The notes beneath the pieces are model-generated. The model was not told where the DNA came from, did no database searches, and was given only the letters and a program-made list of their open reading frames with translations. A stretch of 64,000 nucleotides of DNA from an uncultured Methanosarcinaceae archaeon (GTDB lineage: Archaea > Halobacteriota > Methanosarcinia > Methanosarcinales > Methanosarcinaceae), in contig CAVTET010000004.1 of NCBI GenBank assembly GCA_963733675.1, forward strand, positions 256,001 through 320,000. The letters run 5' to 3'. The position numbers and the translations under genes were made by a program. Positions 10,553 through 20,808 of this stretch are shown here, piece after piece (positions within the stretch are counted from its first letter, which is position 1; every line of letters starts with the position of its first letter).

Positions 10553-11233
10553 TTGAAATTGGCTAAAAAGAACAATTTTCTTCCTCTCATGATTGATCTT
10601 TCTGGCAGAAAGATTGTCATCTTTGGAGGAGGCTCCGTTGGGGAACGTAAAGCTGAACTTTTCTGTGGATGTGCAGACACTCTTATTGTAAGTATTGAAT
10701 TCTCCCAGCGATTGCAGGAACTTGAAGCTTCGGGACAAGTTAGACTGGTCAGACTTGACATTTTAACAGCTTCAGATTTTGAACTCCGAAAAATCATTTC
10801 TGGGGCCTTAATCGCCATTCCTGCAACTAACAATTTGAAACTTAACCAAAAAATCACTGATATAGCACTTGAAAGCGATATTTTGATAAATCAGGTAAAT
10901 GCTTTAGGTAGTGTCGTAATCCCTTCAGTCATAAAAAGAGGAGACCTTATAATAGGGATTTCTACTCTTGGACACAGCCCTGCAGTCTCCAAATATACCC
11001 GCAAACAGATAGAAAGCCTGATAACTCCTGCATATTTCGATATGATCCAGCTTCAGAACGAACTCAGGAGCTATCTCAAAAAGCATATAACAGAGCAAAA
11101 AAAAAGGAAAGAAATCCTCTGGAATATTTTGGAAAGCGAGAATGTTTGGAAAGGATTTAATGAATCTTATGAAAAAGCAGCTGAAGCGGCATACGATATG
11201 ATTTCTCATTGTCTAGAAGATTCCGACAAGTAG
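10553..11233 (+). CDS. sirC: Precorrin-2 dehydrogenase
   Basis: LPLMIDL, FGGGSVGERK, ISTLGHSPAVSK; heme cluster context. Confidence 0.9.
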   Translation: MKLAKKNNFLPLMIDLSGRKIVIFGGGSVGERKAELFCGCADTLIVSIEFSQRLQELEASGQVRLVRLDILTASDFELRKIISGALIAIPATNNLKLNQKITDIALESDILINQVNALGSVVIPSVIKRGDLIIGISTLGHSPAVSKYTRKQIESLITPAYFDMIQLQNELRSYLKKHITEQKKRKEILWNILESENVWKGFNESYEKAAEAAYDMISHCLEDSDK

Positions 11234-11274
11234 ATATTGGTAGTAAATGCAGGACTTTTTATAGAAAATCATTA

Positions 11275-11418
11275 CTCTACAAATAGAAATGTGCATAAAT
11301 TAATTATATTCTGCAAATAGAATGTGCATAAATTATTTTACACAATAGAATATTCATAAATAAATTATTCTGCAGATAAAATGTTCATGAATATAATCAT
11401 TTTACAAATAAAAATTTC
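11275..11418. repeat. Degenerate ~30-bp tandem repeat, about 5 units (CTGCAAATAGAATGTGCATAAATT-like)
   Basis: Seen directly between sirC and hemA. Confidence 0.7.
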
Positions 11419-11517
11419 TTTGATGAAAAAGGCTAAAGATTCCTGGATAAAGTTTAATTTACCACTTCTTATGTAAATATTTTATTTCCTGTATTTTATC
11501 CTATCTGGAGGCTCTCT

Positions 11518-12831
11518 GTGACCGAAATCTCAAGTATGATTATATCCCATAAAAAAGCAAAAGTTGAGGAAATGGAGTCAGCCTGGCACGGTGATTTGGA
11601 CAGTATGCTCCATAATCTGTACAGGCATGAGTTTGTTCATGAGTGTGTTGTCTTGAAAACCTGTAACCGTGTTGAAATCTACGTTGTTTCCCCCAAAAGC
11701 AGCAGTGTACTTTTTTCTTTTGCAAAGAAAATGGGAGCTTCCACCCATATCATCGATTTCTACGGGCACGAGGAATCCCTGGAACACCTTTTAAGACTCG
11801 CCGGAGGCCTTGAATCAATGATCGTAGGGGAGGACCAAATCCTTGGCCAGATGAAGGACCTCTATGCCTATTCCAAAAAAGCGGGGACTACTGGGAAAAT
11901 AATGGATACTGCTTTTGAAAAGGCTATTCAGGTTGGAAAACGAATTCGGAATGAAACCAAAATCAACAAAGGTTCGGTTTCCATAGGTTCTGCTGCTGTG
12001 GATCTGGCAGAGGAGATTCTCGAAGGGCTTACAGGAAAATCCGTGCTCGTAATAGGTGCAGGGGAAATCGGAATTCTTGTTGCAAAGGCCCTGGCAGAAA
12101 AAGATATTGAAGCAATATACATTGCTAACCGCACATTCAAGAAAGCTGAAGAAATTGCGTATGAACTTGGAGGGCATGCAGTAAGACTTGATGATGTCAA
12201 AACTTACCTTATAGATGCTGATGTTGTAATCAGTGGTACTAGCGCTCCACATTACATCCTTACTAGGGAAATTGTTGAAAAAGCTATAGAGAACAGAAGC
12301 CGCAAACTCCTCCTTATCGACATAGCAAATCCTAGGGATATAGAGGAGTCTGTTGTTGAACTTGAGAACGTCGAACTGTGCAATATAGACAATCTCAGGG
12401 TCATCAGCGAGAAGACTCTTAAAATGCGAAAAAAGGAAGCTAAAAAAGCCGAGGCTATAATTCAGGAAGAGATCAAACTTCTAAATCTCCAGTATAAACG
12501 CCAGAGAGCCGACCGTCTTCTTGCTGATCTTTATAGGCAGGTTTATGATGTTAGAATAAGGGAAAGGCAAAAAGCAGTAAACAAACTTTGCGCCTATCAT
12601 ACTATCGGAGAGATTGAAACCGAGGTTCTTGATGATCTTACTCATTCAATTGTGAACAAAATTTTGGCCGAGCCTACCAAAGTCCTGCGCCAGGCCGCAG
12701 AACTCGGAAACGAAGAGTTTCTTGATGTGGTTTCAAGGGTTTTCTGCCTCGAAAAGCATAATGTAAGAATTGAAAAAGTAAAACATAGTTGTGGAAATGA
12801 GTTAAATCGGGTCTCAGAAAAAGGTAATTAA
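11518..12831 (+). CDS. hemA: Glutamyl-tRNA reductase
   Basis: KTCNRVEIY, GLESMIVGEDQILGQ, IGAGEIG, DIANPRDI. Confidence 0.97.
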   Translation: MTEISSMIISHKKAKVEEMESAWHGDLDSMLHNLYRHEFVHECVVLKTCNRVEIYVVSPKSSSVLFSFAKKMGASTHIIDFYGHEESLEHLLRLAGGLESMIVGEDQILGQMKDLYAYSKKAGTTGKIMDTAFEKAIQVGKRIRNETKINKGSVSIGSAAVDLAEEILEGLTGKSVLVIGAGEIGILVAKALAEKDIEAIYIANRTFKKAEEIAYELGGHAVRLDDVKTYLIDADVVISGTSAPHYILTREIVEKAIENRSRKLLLIDIANPRDIEESVVELENVELCNIDNLRVISEKTLKMRKKEAKKAEAIIQEEIKLLNLQYKRQRADRLLADLYRQVYDVRIRERQKAVNKLCAYHTIGEIETEVLDDLTHSIVNKILAEPTKVLRQAAELGNEEFLDVVSRVFCLEKHNVRIEKVKHSCGNELNRVSEKGN

Positions 12832-13130
12832 AGAAAAAGTAAGGGACTTTTTAATGTATTCTGAATCGCAAAAATACGCCACAAATTACATTTTTAACTG
12901 ATTGCAATCAATCAAAAAGCCTAAAAAATAATTAAATGTAGTACTATTAAGGTTGATGTTTTTCATGATCAAATTCCCAGTGTAGCGAATGTTTGAATTT
13001 TCATGCACTAAAGTTGATAGCTCTAGCTAACCTCAATTAAATGTGGAACAGAATTAAGCTGGGATACAATATTATGGATATTTTCAAAAATAGCATCAAC
13101 CAAATGACAGAATAATACCAAAATATCCAT

Positions 13131-13439
13131 TCAACATACAGAGTCGTGCATTGCAATTCCAGTATCTGTAAGGCGATACATTCCGTCTTCGAATTTAAGG
13201 AATCCTTCTTTGAGCAGGAAATCCATATGAAACTTAAAGAAGAAATCGTTTAATCCTGAATCTTCCTTCAACTTCTTTTCATCCTTCCCAAAGATCCCAA
13301 TTATTCTAAGAAGCTTTCTTCGTGCAGGATTTATAGAAACTTTTTCCATCATTACATGTTCTAGTTTGATAGCTTCGCCTTCAGTAGGTTCTACTTTTTT
13401 GCAAAAATAATCCTCAAGTTCGTCGATATTCTCGTCCAT
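13131..13439 (-). CDS. Conserved hypothetical protein, winged-helix-like C-terminus (start set at MDENID)
   Basis: NPARRKLLRII...FHMDFLLKEGFL...YRLTDTG resembles a wHTH. Confidence 0.65.
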   Translation of the reverse strand: MDENIDELEDYFCKKVEPTEGEAIKLEHVMMEKVSINPARRKLLRIIGIFGKDEKKLKEDSGLNDFFFKFHMDFLLKEGFLKFEDGMYRLTDTGIAMHDSVC

Positions 13440-14269
13440 ATCAAAACTCCATTTCTTTTTTGATATCGAAACCGGATTTTTCAAACAGTTTCAAAGAAGA
13501 CTGAGTGTAATTGATCTTCTCTATATTAAATAGCATATTTTATTATGTGAAGTTATCAGTTAATAAATCTTATTCCAGTGATGATAGAATAATCATTGCG
13601 TAAAGAAGCTATAACTTGCCTTTTTACTTTGGAAGAGAGATCTGAGACGTCTGATTTAGTTCTATTAACCGATAACTGCACATAACTTGCTATCTAATGT
13701 TTTATAAATTGATTATTAGGACAGCCAATTCCTTCTACTGGGAAAAGTATCGATTTTAATCAAAGAAACTAAAATATGAAGCAACTTCTGCAACATAATT
13801 GATAGTCTTCGTGCAAGAAAATTTCTTAACCGTTGATTATTGGATTTGTATTATAAGCAGATATTATATACAAATTTTGATAAATACACTCTCATGGTAT
13901 TTTTTTTAATTACAACTCAAAAACTTAATTCGATATGACAGCAACATTTTCTGGTAAAATAGCGCCATTTTTCAGATTTTAAAGTTAATTTTATAGACTT
14001 TCTACTCTTCAAGTAATAAAATCGCAGTGTTTTAAATAGAAATGTTTTGGCTTTTTGCTGCTGCGCTGATTTTAATGATATCTATCTATTTTCAAAAACT
14101 TTAAGTAAAAACTTCCTTTTATTTCGATTGAAATTGATAAAATGCATATATTATGCAGTAAAAAACCTCTACATCAGTGAAGACAAGGTAAAAACTTTTT
14201 CAGCATAACTATTGACCCTTCATCCCGGTATATCTTACAGAATTTGTGATATGCATTCAGAATCTGAGA

Positions 14270-14556
14270 TATTAACAAGTTTACTCAAAAGGCAAAATCT
14301 AACATTCAGGCAAGACTACAATAAAGTTTCAAGGAAGCTAATAGGATTCTCGAAGAAGATAAATTGTTTAGTAAGTCGAATGATTCTCTATTGCACACAT
14401 TTCAATTTCTGTAGAGAACATATAGTATTAACATACCATGATGAAAAAGGCTTTAAATGTAAAAATACATTTACAAGAGAAATCGGAACTACGGAATTAG
14501 AGTGGATTTTAGAGGAATTGCTGACATTCAGGTGTTTCAAAACATCAGCCTTATAA
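14270..14556 (+). pseudogene. IS1-family transposase C-terminal remnant
   Basis: TSLLKRQNLTFRQDYNKVSRKLIGFSKK...HFNFCREH...WILEELLTF resembles ERxNLTxRQ...RKTxxFSK...NFxRPH...WTLxELL. Confidence 0.7.
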
Positions 14557-14681
14557 CGACAGACGATCAAAAACTTTATTTAACATGTGATTTTTCCTCC
14601 GAAGAAGGAAATATTGTAATCTTTACAATCAGACCTGAATCGTTTCCTCCATTATTTTTTTATTCCTAAAGAAATTGTTGG

Positions 14682-15167
14682 TCAGAGATCAAAGTTAACC
14701 CTTAATACCTCACACTGTGGCATATTTCTAATTTGGACACCTTCTAGTGTTCCTGTTACCTCAAGACTATCAAATTCATTTGAACCGCATAGTATGTCTT
14801 GATTCGGGTGCGTGCCAGGTGTGATATTGCAGCTTAGAACAGTCTTTTTACCAGCAGACACTACGATTGGAAGCCTTGCTGATGCAGGATGGTTCTTCGG
14901 AAGGACTATTAATGGTGACCTGATTTCCCGAATCATGAAGAGAACGCACTTAAGCCCTTTCTCAGTATTCTCATCCACTGAAAGCGCAGAAGCAACAATT
15001 AGATCATGGGGTTCCAGTCCAAGTACAATTTCTTCGTTATCAGTTTCCAGAAAGAACTGTTCACAGGAACCTACTTTTACAATAGCCACAGTTCCTGCAG
15101 TGCCACGCAGAAGAAGCATTTCACTTTCCTTCAGTGAAATGTCTTTAGAAGAGGTCGATTTCGTCAT
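14682..15167 (-). CDS. Conserved hypothetical protein
   Basis: 161-aa ORF directly downstream of a zinc-ribbon ORF in the same orientation. Confidence 0.7.
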   Translation of the reverse strand: MTKSTSSKDISLKESEMLLLRGTAGTVAIVKVGSCEQFFLETDNEEIVLGLEPHDLIVASALSVDENTEKGLKCVLFMIREIRSPLIVLPKNHPASARLPIVVSAGKKTVLSCNITPGTHPNQDILCGSNEFDSLEVTGTLEGVQIRNMPQCEVLRVNFDL

Positions 15168-15200
15168 GTTAAAAATAAGTATCTAAAAAAATACAGTTGA

Positions 15201-15359
15201 TTAATTGGATTCTGTTACATTTTTGGACTGGCAGGAAGGACACTTCACATTCTTGCCAATACCTTTGAATTTATTCCCACAGTCCTTGCATACATAATCT
15301 TTAACCGGCAATTTTTCTTCCATATCGATATCAAACGCATCTCCAACACTACACATCAT
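15201..15359 (-). CDS. Small zinc-ribbon protein (52 aa)
   Basis: MMCSVGDAFDIDMEEKLPVKDYVCKDCGNKFKGIGKNVKCPSCQSKNVTESN; CxxC..CPxC; GAGGT RBS; below ORF-track cutoff. Confidence 0.85.
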   Translation of the reverse strand: MMCSVGDAFDIDMEEKLPVKDYVCKDCGNKFKGIGKNVKCPSCQSKNVTESN

Positions 15360-16477
15360 TATTACCTCATGATTTTATAAAGGAGTTTACTTAAATTATT
15401 TAACCCTCATATAATTACTCATAATTCTCCAATTAATACTTTTCCATATCTAACCTAGGCAATTTCTGGCCTCGTTTCTCAAATAAGGGAAACCATTCCT
15501 CCAAAAGCATTGTGAAGATGGATACTTTCTTCGTTAATCATTTTGATCATTATAACTTTGTCATCCGAAAGATGAGTAAATTTGTTGACAGTTTTTTGGC
15601 CACGATATGCACATAGTTCTTCATAAACTTTGGAATTTTGTGAGCATCTTCGACAACATATGATTATCATATTATTTTATTAGTTCTAATTAATACTCTT
15701 ATCAATCATATTATGTAATTATACATAGAATACTAGTAGAACACCAGTAGAATTACTCGCCAATTTTTATCCGGTTAATATTCTCTAAGACACTCTTAAT
15801 GACTTCTCTACGACTTTTTGTTTAAAATTTTAATATACTGGAGCGATCTGCTTTAACATATAAAAACTCAACCATTTACCACTAAACACATAAACGTCCG
15901 ACGAATATAGAACGGATTTGAGATATAATTAACTCTCTATCCTTGTATTTTACTAAAAAAATAGGATGTAGAGTCAACAATTATACTAACAATAATTCTT
16001 TCTTAATTTATTAGATTTTTCAATGCATTCTGGGCTCGCTAAATTTTACCATTAATTCTACTGGCATTGACCGCAATCGATCAAAAAAACCTCTTACGTA
16101 TATCTTACATTTTCATCTGAAAATCATGTTCACGATCATATTGCTTTTGTGGATAATTTCTTGACAACTTTCTTATTTTCAAGCTCTTTTCCCTGATAAA
16201 AAAGTCAATTACGCTATTACAAAAGGAACGAAATTGCATATTGGATTGGTTTCAAATTATCCATATCAATATTCTCAACAATATAATATAATGTAGAGAT
16301 ATATTCTTCAAGGTAATTACTATATCATCTACCGAGTGGATAAATTTGTAAAGGATAACTAATGCCTCAGTGGAACTTTTCCAGAAGATTATCAAGCTTA
16401 AAACTTGCAGTATGCATTCTTGACAACTAATGAACTGAAACAACTAGTTATATCAATACAAATGAACATGGAAAAAT

Positions 16478-16935
16478 GTGGAGAAAAGCATGACAAAAGT
16501 CACCCTTAATCAATTTGCATTGACAACTGTTATAATTCTTATTCTTACACTAGAAAGTGCTACTGCTACATCAGACAACCCGCAGAATTCAGTAAGTTGG
16601 TTCAATAAAGGACTTGCTCTATCTAAATTAAATACATCTGATGAAGCAATAAAAGTATATGACAGAGCGATTGAAATTAACCCAAAGGATTCATTCGCGT
16701 GGATTTCTAAAAGACTTGCTCTACATAAATTAAAAAAAAGGAGATGCTCTATATAGCTTAAACAAATTTGATGAAGCATTAAAAGCTTATGAGAAAGCGA
16801 TTGAAATTAACCCGCAGAATGAAAATGCTTGGAGCAATAAATGACTGGCTTTAAATCTATCAGGAAAGCCCGATGAAGCAAAAAACGCGTTTGACAAAGC
16901 ACTTGAAATTAACTCGCAGGATTTAAAAGCTTAGT
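16478..16935 (+). pseudogene. Secreted tetratricopeptide-repeat protein, frameshifted
   Basis: Signal peptide, then WFNKGLAL...AIKVYDRAIEINP; further TPR units (KAYEKAIEINPQNENAWSNK*) continue in another frame. Confidence 0.85.
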
Positions 16936-17833
16936 ACAATCAAATAGTTTATCTAAACAAAATAAATCTGAAAATCGATTACTCGTTCAAAAAAAAAATA
17001 TCTAAATAAATAAATAAATTCAGTATTTATAGTTGCAAATATAAACATAGGATCGACTATGACGAGATTCAAGGTAAGGTTCTAATTCTTTGGCAATGAT
17101 AAATTAGTAAATTAGTTTCCACAAAATGGACCTGGTGGCGCTAAAGTTTTTAGGTGGACTATGTGGGCCATGGGGTTTTTGATCGCATATTTGGAAAAAG
17201 TTTAGTGATAATAACATATTTTTTAATAAAAACTATGTATTTCTACACAATTAGATAAAAATATCTAATGATATTGGCTGAAAAACGAGTATAATACACA
17301 GATTTTCACACAAAAAAAACCGTGTATAATAAAGCTGTCCATATTTAAAACTAAATCCAAGAAACAGCATTATTAATGATTCAGTCTGATCGGGAAAAAG
17401 TTGATTTTAACATACGACAAATAGTATGATGAGTTAATAAATATTTTTAAAAATAATTAAATATAAGGAACTCTTAGTCTGTATTTCTATTTCTCGATAT
17501 TTGATATTCATTGAATAATAATATATTGACGATACAATTCAAAATCACTTCCTTTTGTCATACACTACTCTGTTCCAAAATCTAGTGATTTTTACGTTTC
17601 ATCACTGAGATTTGGCGTTGAGTAGACATGTGCTATGAAATAGAGAAAGTTTTGATAAACTTCCGATTTTTCACTAGTTGTATGTAAACCAGTTATACAC
17701 ATGTGATAAAATTCGGTAGGTTATTGAAATTTTAGAACTTACGCATTTAACAGCTATTTTTTTGCTGTTCAACTACGTAAGTCCTAAGCCGATTTACATT
17801 GTATCAAATTAAATTAAATGGGAGTGTAAACAA

Positions 17834-18154
17834 ATGTTGGAACTTGTAATTAAAAAAGTACTTGCAGTTTTGCTGTCAGTCCTTTTTGTAGTATCGTTGA
17901 CTACAGTGGCAGCGAGTGCAGATCGTGGGGACCATCATAGAGGACATGGTGACCGTGGCCACGGCTTTGGCTTTGGTGACGGCTTTGGCTTTGGTGGCTA
18001 TGGAGGATTTGGTGGCTGTGGTATGGGCTATGGCGGCTGCGGAGGCTGGGGCTATGGCGGCTGGGGCAGTTTGGGTGGCTATGGCGCCTGCAATGGCTAT
18101 AGTTTCTATGGCTGCGGTGGTTGTCCCGTGGGCATAGCTTATCCTTACTGCTAG
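17834..18154 (+). CDS. Secreted His/Gly/Cys/Tyr-rich low-complexity small protein
   Basis: KK + hydrophobic stretch + ASA signal peptide, then GHG/GFG/GGY/GGC repeats; GGAG RBS. Confidence 0.85.
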   Translation: MLELVIKKVLAVLLSVLFVVSLTTVAASADRGDHHRGHGDRGHGFGFGDGFGFGGYGGFGGCGMGYGGCGGWGYGGWGSLGGYGACNGYSFYGCGGCPVGIAYPYC

Positions 18155-18388
18155 CTAGTTAATATTATATTATAAAAGATATATTGAATAGAGTGAATTC
18201 CGATTTATATTTGGTTAAAACAAGCTACTATATAAACTTTATAAACAACTAGAATAAAATTATAATTTATCGGAATTTTCTATAATTTTTTTGTTGTTTT
18301 ATAAATAATTTTTTGCTCTATGAATTATTTTTTATTGTTAGTGATAATCTCTTTGCGTTGTCTATGTGATTATTATTTTCTTATTTTT

Positions 18389-18548
18389 CTATTTACGATG
18401 GTTGTTTAGGTTGATTAGTTCCAAGTGTTCCATGAGTTCCATATTCTCTATGAGTTCCAGAAGTTCCATGAGTCAGAGACCAACAATGTTTTCTTATTAC
18501 TGATGGCATTTAGAAAATTCGTAGATTTAATCCCAAAACCTGTGCATT
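18389..18548. repeat. Dispersed ~160-bp element with six 9-bp GTTCCANNN units, copy 1
   Basis: Homologous to 38453-38612 and 41990-42135. Confidence 0.85.
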
Positions 18549-19541
18549 TAAGGGCAAAAATGGGTAGAATTTCAATAAAACTTCTAGCTCAATAAATGAT
18601 TTATATAGGCACTATAAACAACCGGCTAAACCAATGGAGTTTATTGATTAATACTCTAAAGCTACGAGAAAGCTATCAATTACTTTGCAGCTACTTTTCA
18701 AGGCGCTAACGATATTCTGGACTCCACCAATTAATACCGTTGTGGTACCCATCATGCTCATGCCGCTGTGGCCCCCATGACCCCCTGCAGTTTACAAGAT
18801 CAACTTTTTTGACATTTTATATTAACACCGGTCACCTAAGCTAATTTAATAAAATAGAAGAGAATCGGTTGTGGACGATTTAAGGCCGTTTTTTGAGTAG
18901 GTTAGGATTTATCCTTCATTGAATAAATTATATACCTTTTGTAGGGGGCTGAGATGAAGTTTTTTTGACTGGCATGGATAAATTCCCCTATGCTATAATT
19001 CATGAGATAAGGCCCACGTAATGTTAATACTAATTAGCTTAAGTTAGAACTATATATATACAAAAGTATATAATCAATTAAATTTGATTATATTTAATAA
19101 ATTTCCCCGTATATTCAATTAGATATTCGATCGAGCTGTAGGCATCCCCTTCGCCCACAGCTCAAAAGATCACCGTTTTTGCATCTAAGATCAGCCGGCT
19201 CACCAAAGCTAATGAAATGAAGTGAAAAATCTCATTTTGAAAGCCTGCAAAAATCTATCACCGATGCTGACACAAGAGCATAAGTCAGTTTGAGAGTCAC
19301 ACAATCAATGATTCATTTTCGTACGGTAGGTCAGCTCATGATATTGTTACAATAAAGGATATTTATTTAAAATGATATAATATATGTAATATGATATGTT
19401 ATTTAATTTTTTAGACGTAGGGCCACACAGAAAAGAAAAAGATCTCTAACTTTTCATGACTTTCGAAAAGATGGTTTATAAGTTTATTTTCTGGTGTACA
19501 AAGGTTTCCCGAGGTTATAATCCATGAGATAGACTATATAA

Positions 19542-20396
19542 GGTTCCGTTGCAAAAACTTCAACAAAATATGTAAATCTATAAGTGATTAATAAAAATCA
19601 AAACATTCAAGGAAAATGTACTAACATTATAAAACTATACCAAATAATTGATTAATGTATTTGACTTCATTAAGAACAGAGTAATTTAAATCGATTACTT
19701 GTCCTTTTTTGATCATATTTATAGCTTCAATTCCTTTTAAAGTCTTATTAGCAGATCGAAAAGACTGAAATCCTAACATTGGATTAACGATTCTCTTTAT
19801 AGATCTGTGATCTTGTTCTATAATGTTATTCAAATACTTGATTTGTCGAATGCCTACGTTTTTAGGTAGTATTTTATCAATTTTTAGTTTATCTATAGCA
19901 GGTGGATAAGCTGGATTCTTATCAACGGTTATTAATCTTGGAATTTGATTATGATTAGAACTTAAAGCTTTCTTAAAGAATCTCTTTGCTGCTTTTCTAT
20001 CTCGTTTTGAACTTAACATGAAATCAATTGTATCTCCATTTGAGTCAACTGCTCGGTAAAAATATTTCCATTTACCTTTTACTTTGATATAGGTTTCGTC
20101 AACTCTCCATGAATAGTTTGTTAGTCTTAAATGTCTTCTTATCTTCTTTTCGATTTCAGGAGAATATTGATGTACCCATCTCATTATAGTACTGTGATCA
20201 ACTTGAATTCCCCTTTCTATCATCATTTCCTTTAAATTTCTATAACTTAATGCATATTTTAAGTACCATCTTACATTCAATAAGATAATTTCCCCTTCAT
20301 AATGCTTCCATTTAAAGGAATTAGATAGCATGTTACTATCTTTGGTTTTCTTTTTATTCTATTGTATCATTAGAAAGGATTTTTTGCAACGGAACC
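19542..20396 (-). mobile_element. IS6-family insertion sequence, intact copy (855 bp)
   Basis: TIRs GGTTCCGTTGCAAA; transposase 19627-20331; no TSD seen. Confidence 0.96.
19627..20331 (-). CDS. IS6-family DDE transposase
   Basis: FKWKHY, RWYLKY.LSYR, WRVDETY, TVDKNPAY, NNIIEQDHR. Confidence 0.96.
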   Translation of the reverse strand: MLSNSFKWKHYEGEIILLNVRWYLKYALSYRNLKEMMIERGIQVDHSTIMRWVHQYSPEIEKKIRRHLRLTNYSWRVDETYIKVKGKWKYFYRAVDSNGDTIDFMLSSKRDRKAAKRFFKKALSSNHNQIPRLITVDKNPAYPPAIDKLKIDKILPKNVGIRQIKYLNNIIEQDHRSIKRIVNPMLGFQSFRSANKTLKGIEAINMIKKGQVIDLNYSVLNEVKYINQLFGIVL

Positions 20397-20613
20397 CAAT
20401 ATCTTCTTTATAAATTCGTGTACCGTTCATCATCAAAACTAAATTGCTGTGCAGTTCTCCTTCCCTGGAAAAAAGTTGATCTTCGGAATCACCGACTTTT
20501 TGGCGAAATGATTTGAGGAGCTTTCTCATTGAGGTACCATCTGGATATTCAAGAAAACTGTCCGCTCCAAGAATGTCCTTAATCTGAGCAAAGGTTTTTA
20601 TTCGAATCTTCAT
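20397..20613 (-). pseudogene. MoaD/ThiS/SAMP sulfur-carrier protein truncated by IS6
   Basis: MKIRIKTFAQIKDILG...LVLMMNG beta-grasp; C-terminal GG missing, replaced by IS6-end-derived GFRCKKSFL. Confidence 0.85.
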
Positions 20614-20720
20614 AGCATCACTATCAACATTACATTTGCTTTACTACATCATACTCTTGGATGACCCTAAGCCTTTGTTTGGGGACAAAATGTATTTTAC
20701 CAATAATGTCTTTTCAGTAT

Positions 20721-20736
20721 ATTCACAATTGTGAAT
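20721..20736. promoter_or_regulatory. Palindromic operator ATTCACAATTGTGAAT (site 1)
   Basis: Perfect 16-bp palindrome between divergent SAMP and larE-like genes. Confidence 0.75.
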
Positions 20737-20808
20737 GATGTTATGAAATATAAAGTTTTTGGAACTTGCAGAAGAGAACTGTGAAAATCAAAAGGTCGGT
20801 ATTCATTC

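Noticed and set aside
17916-18137. Alternative-frame Ala/Val/Met-rich ORF
   Set aside because: By-product of GGC/GGT repeats in the Gly-rich gene
18415-18472. GTTCCA repeats as a CRISPR array
   Set aside because: Units are 9 bp and contiguous, with no unique spacers and no cas genes in the window
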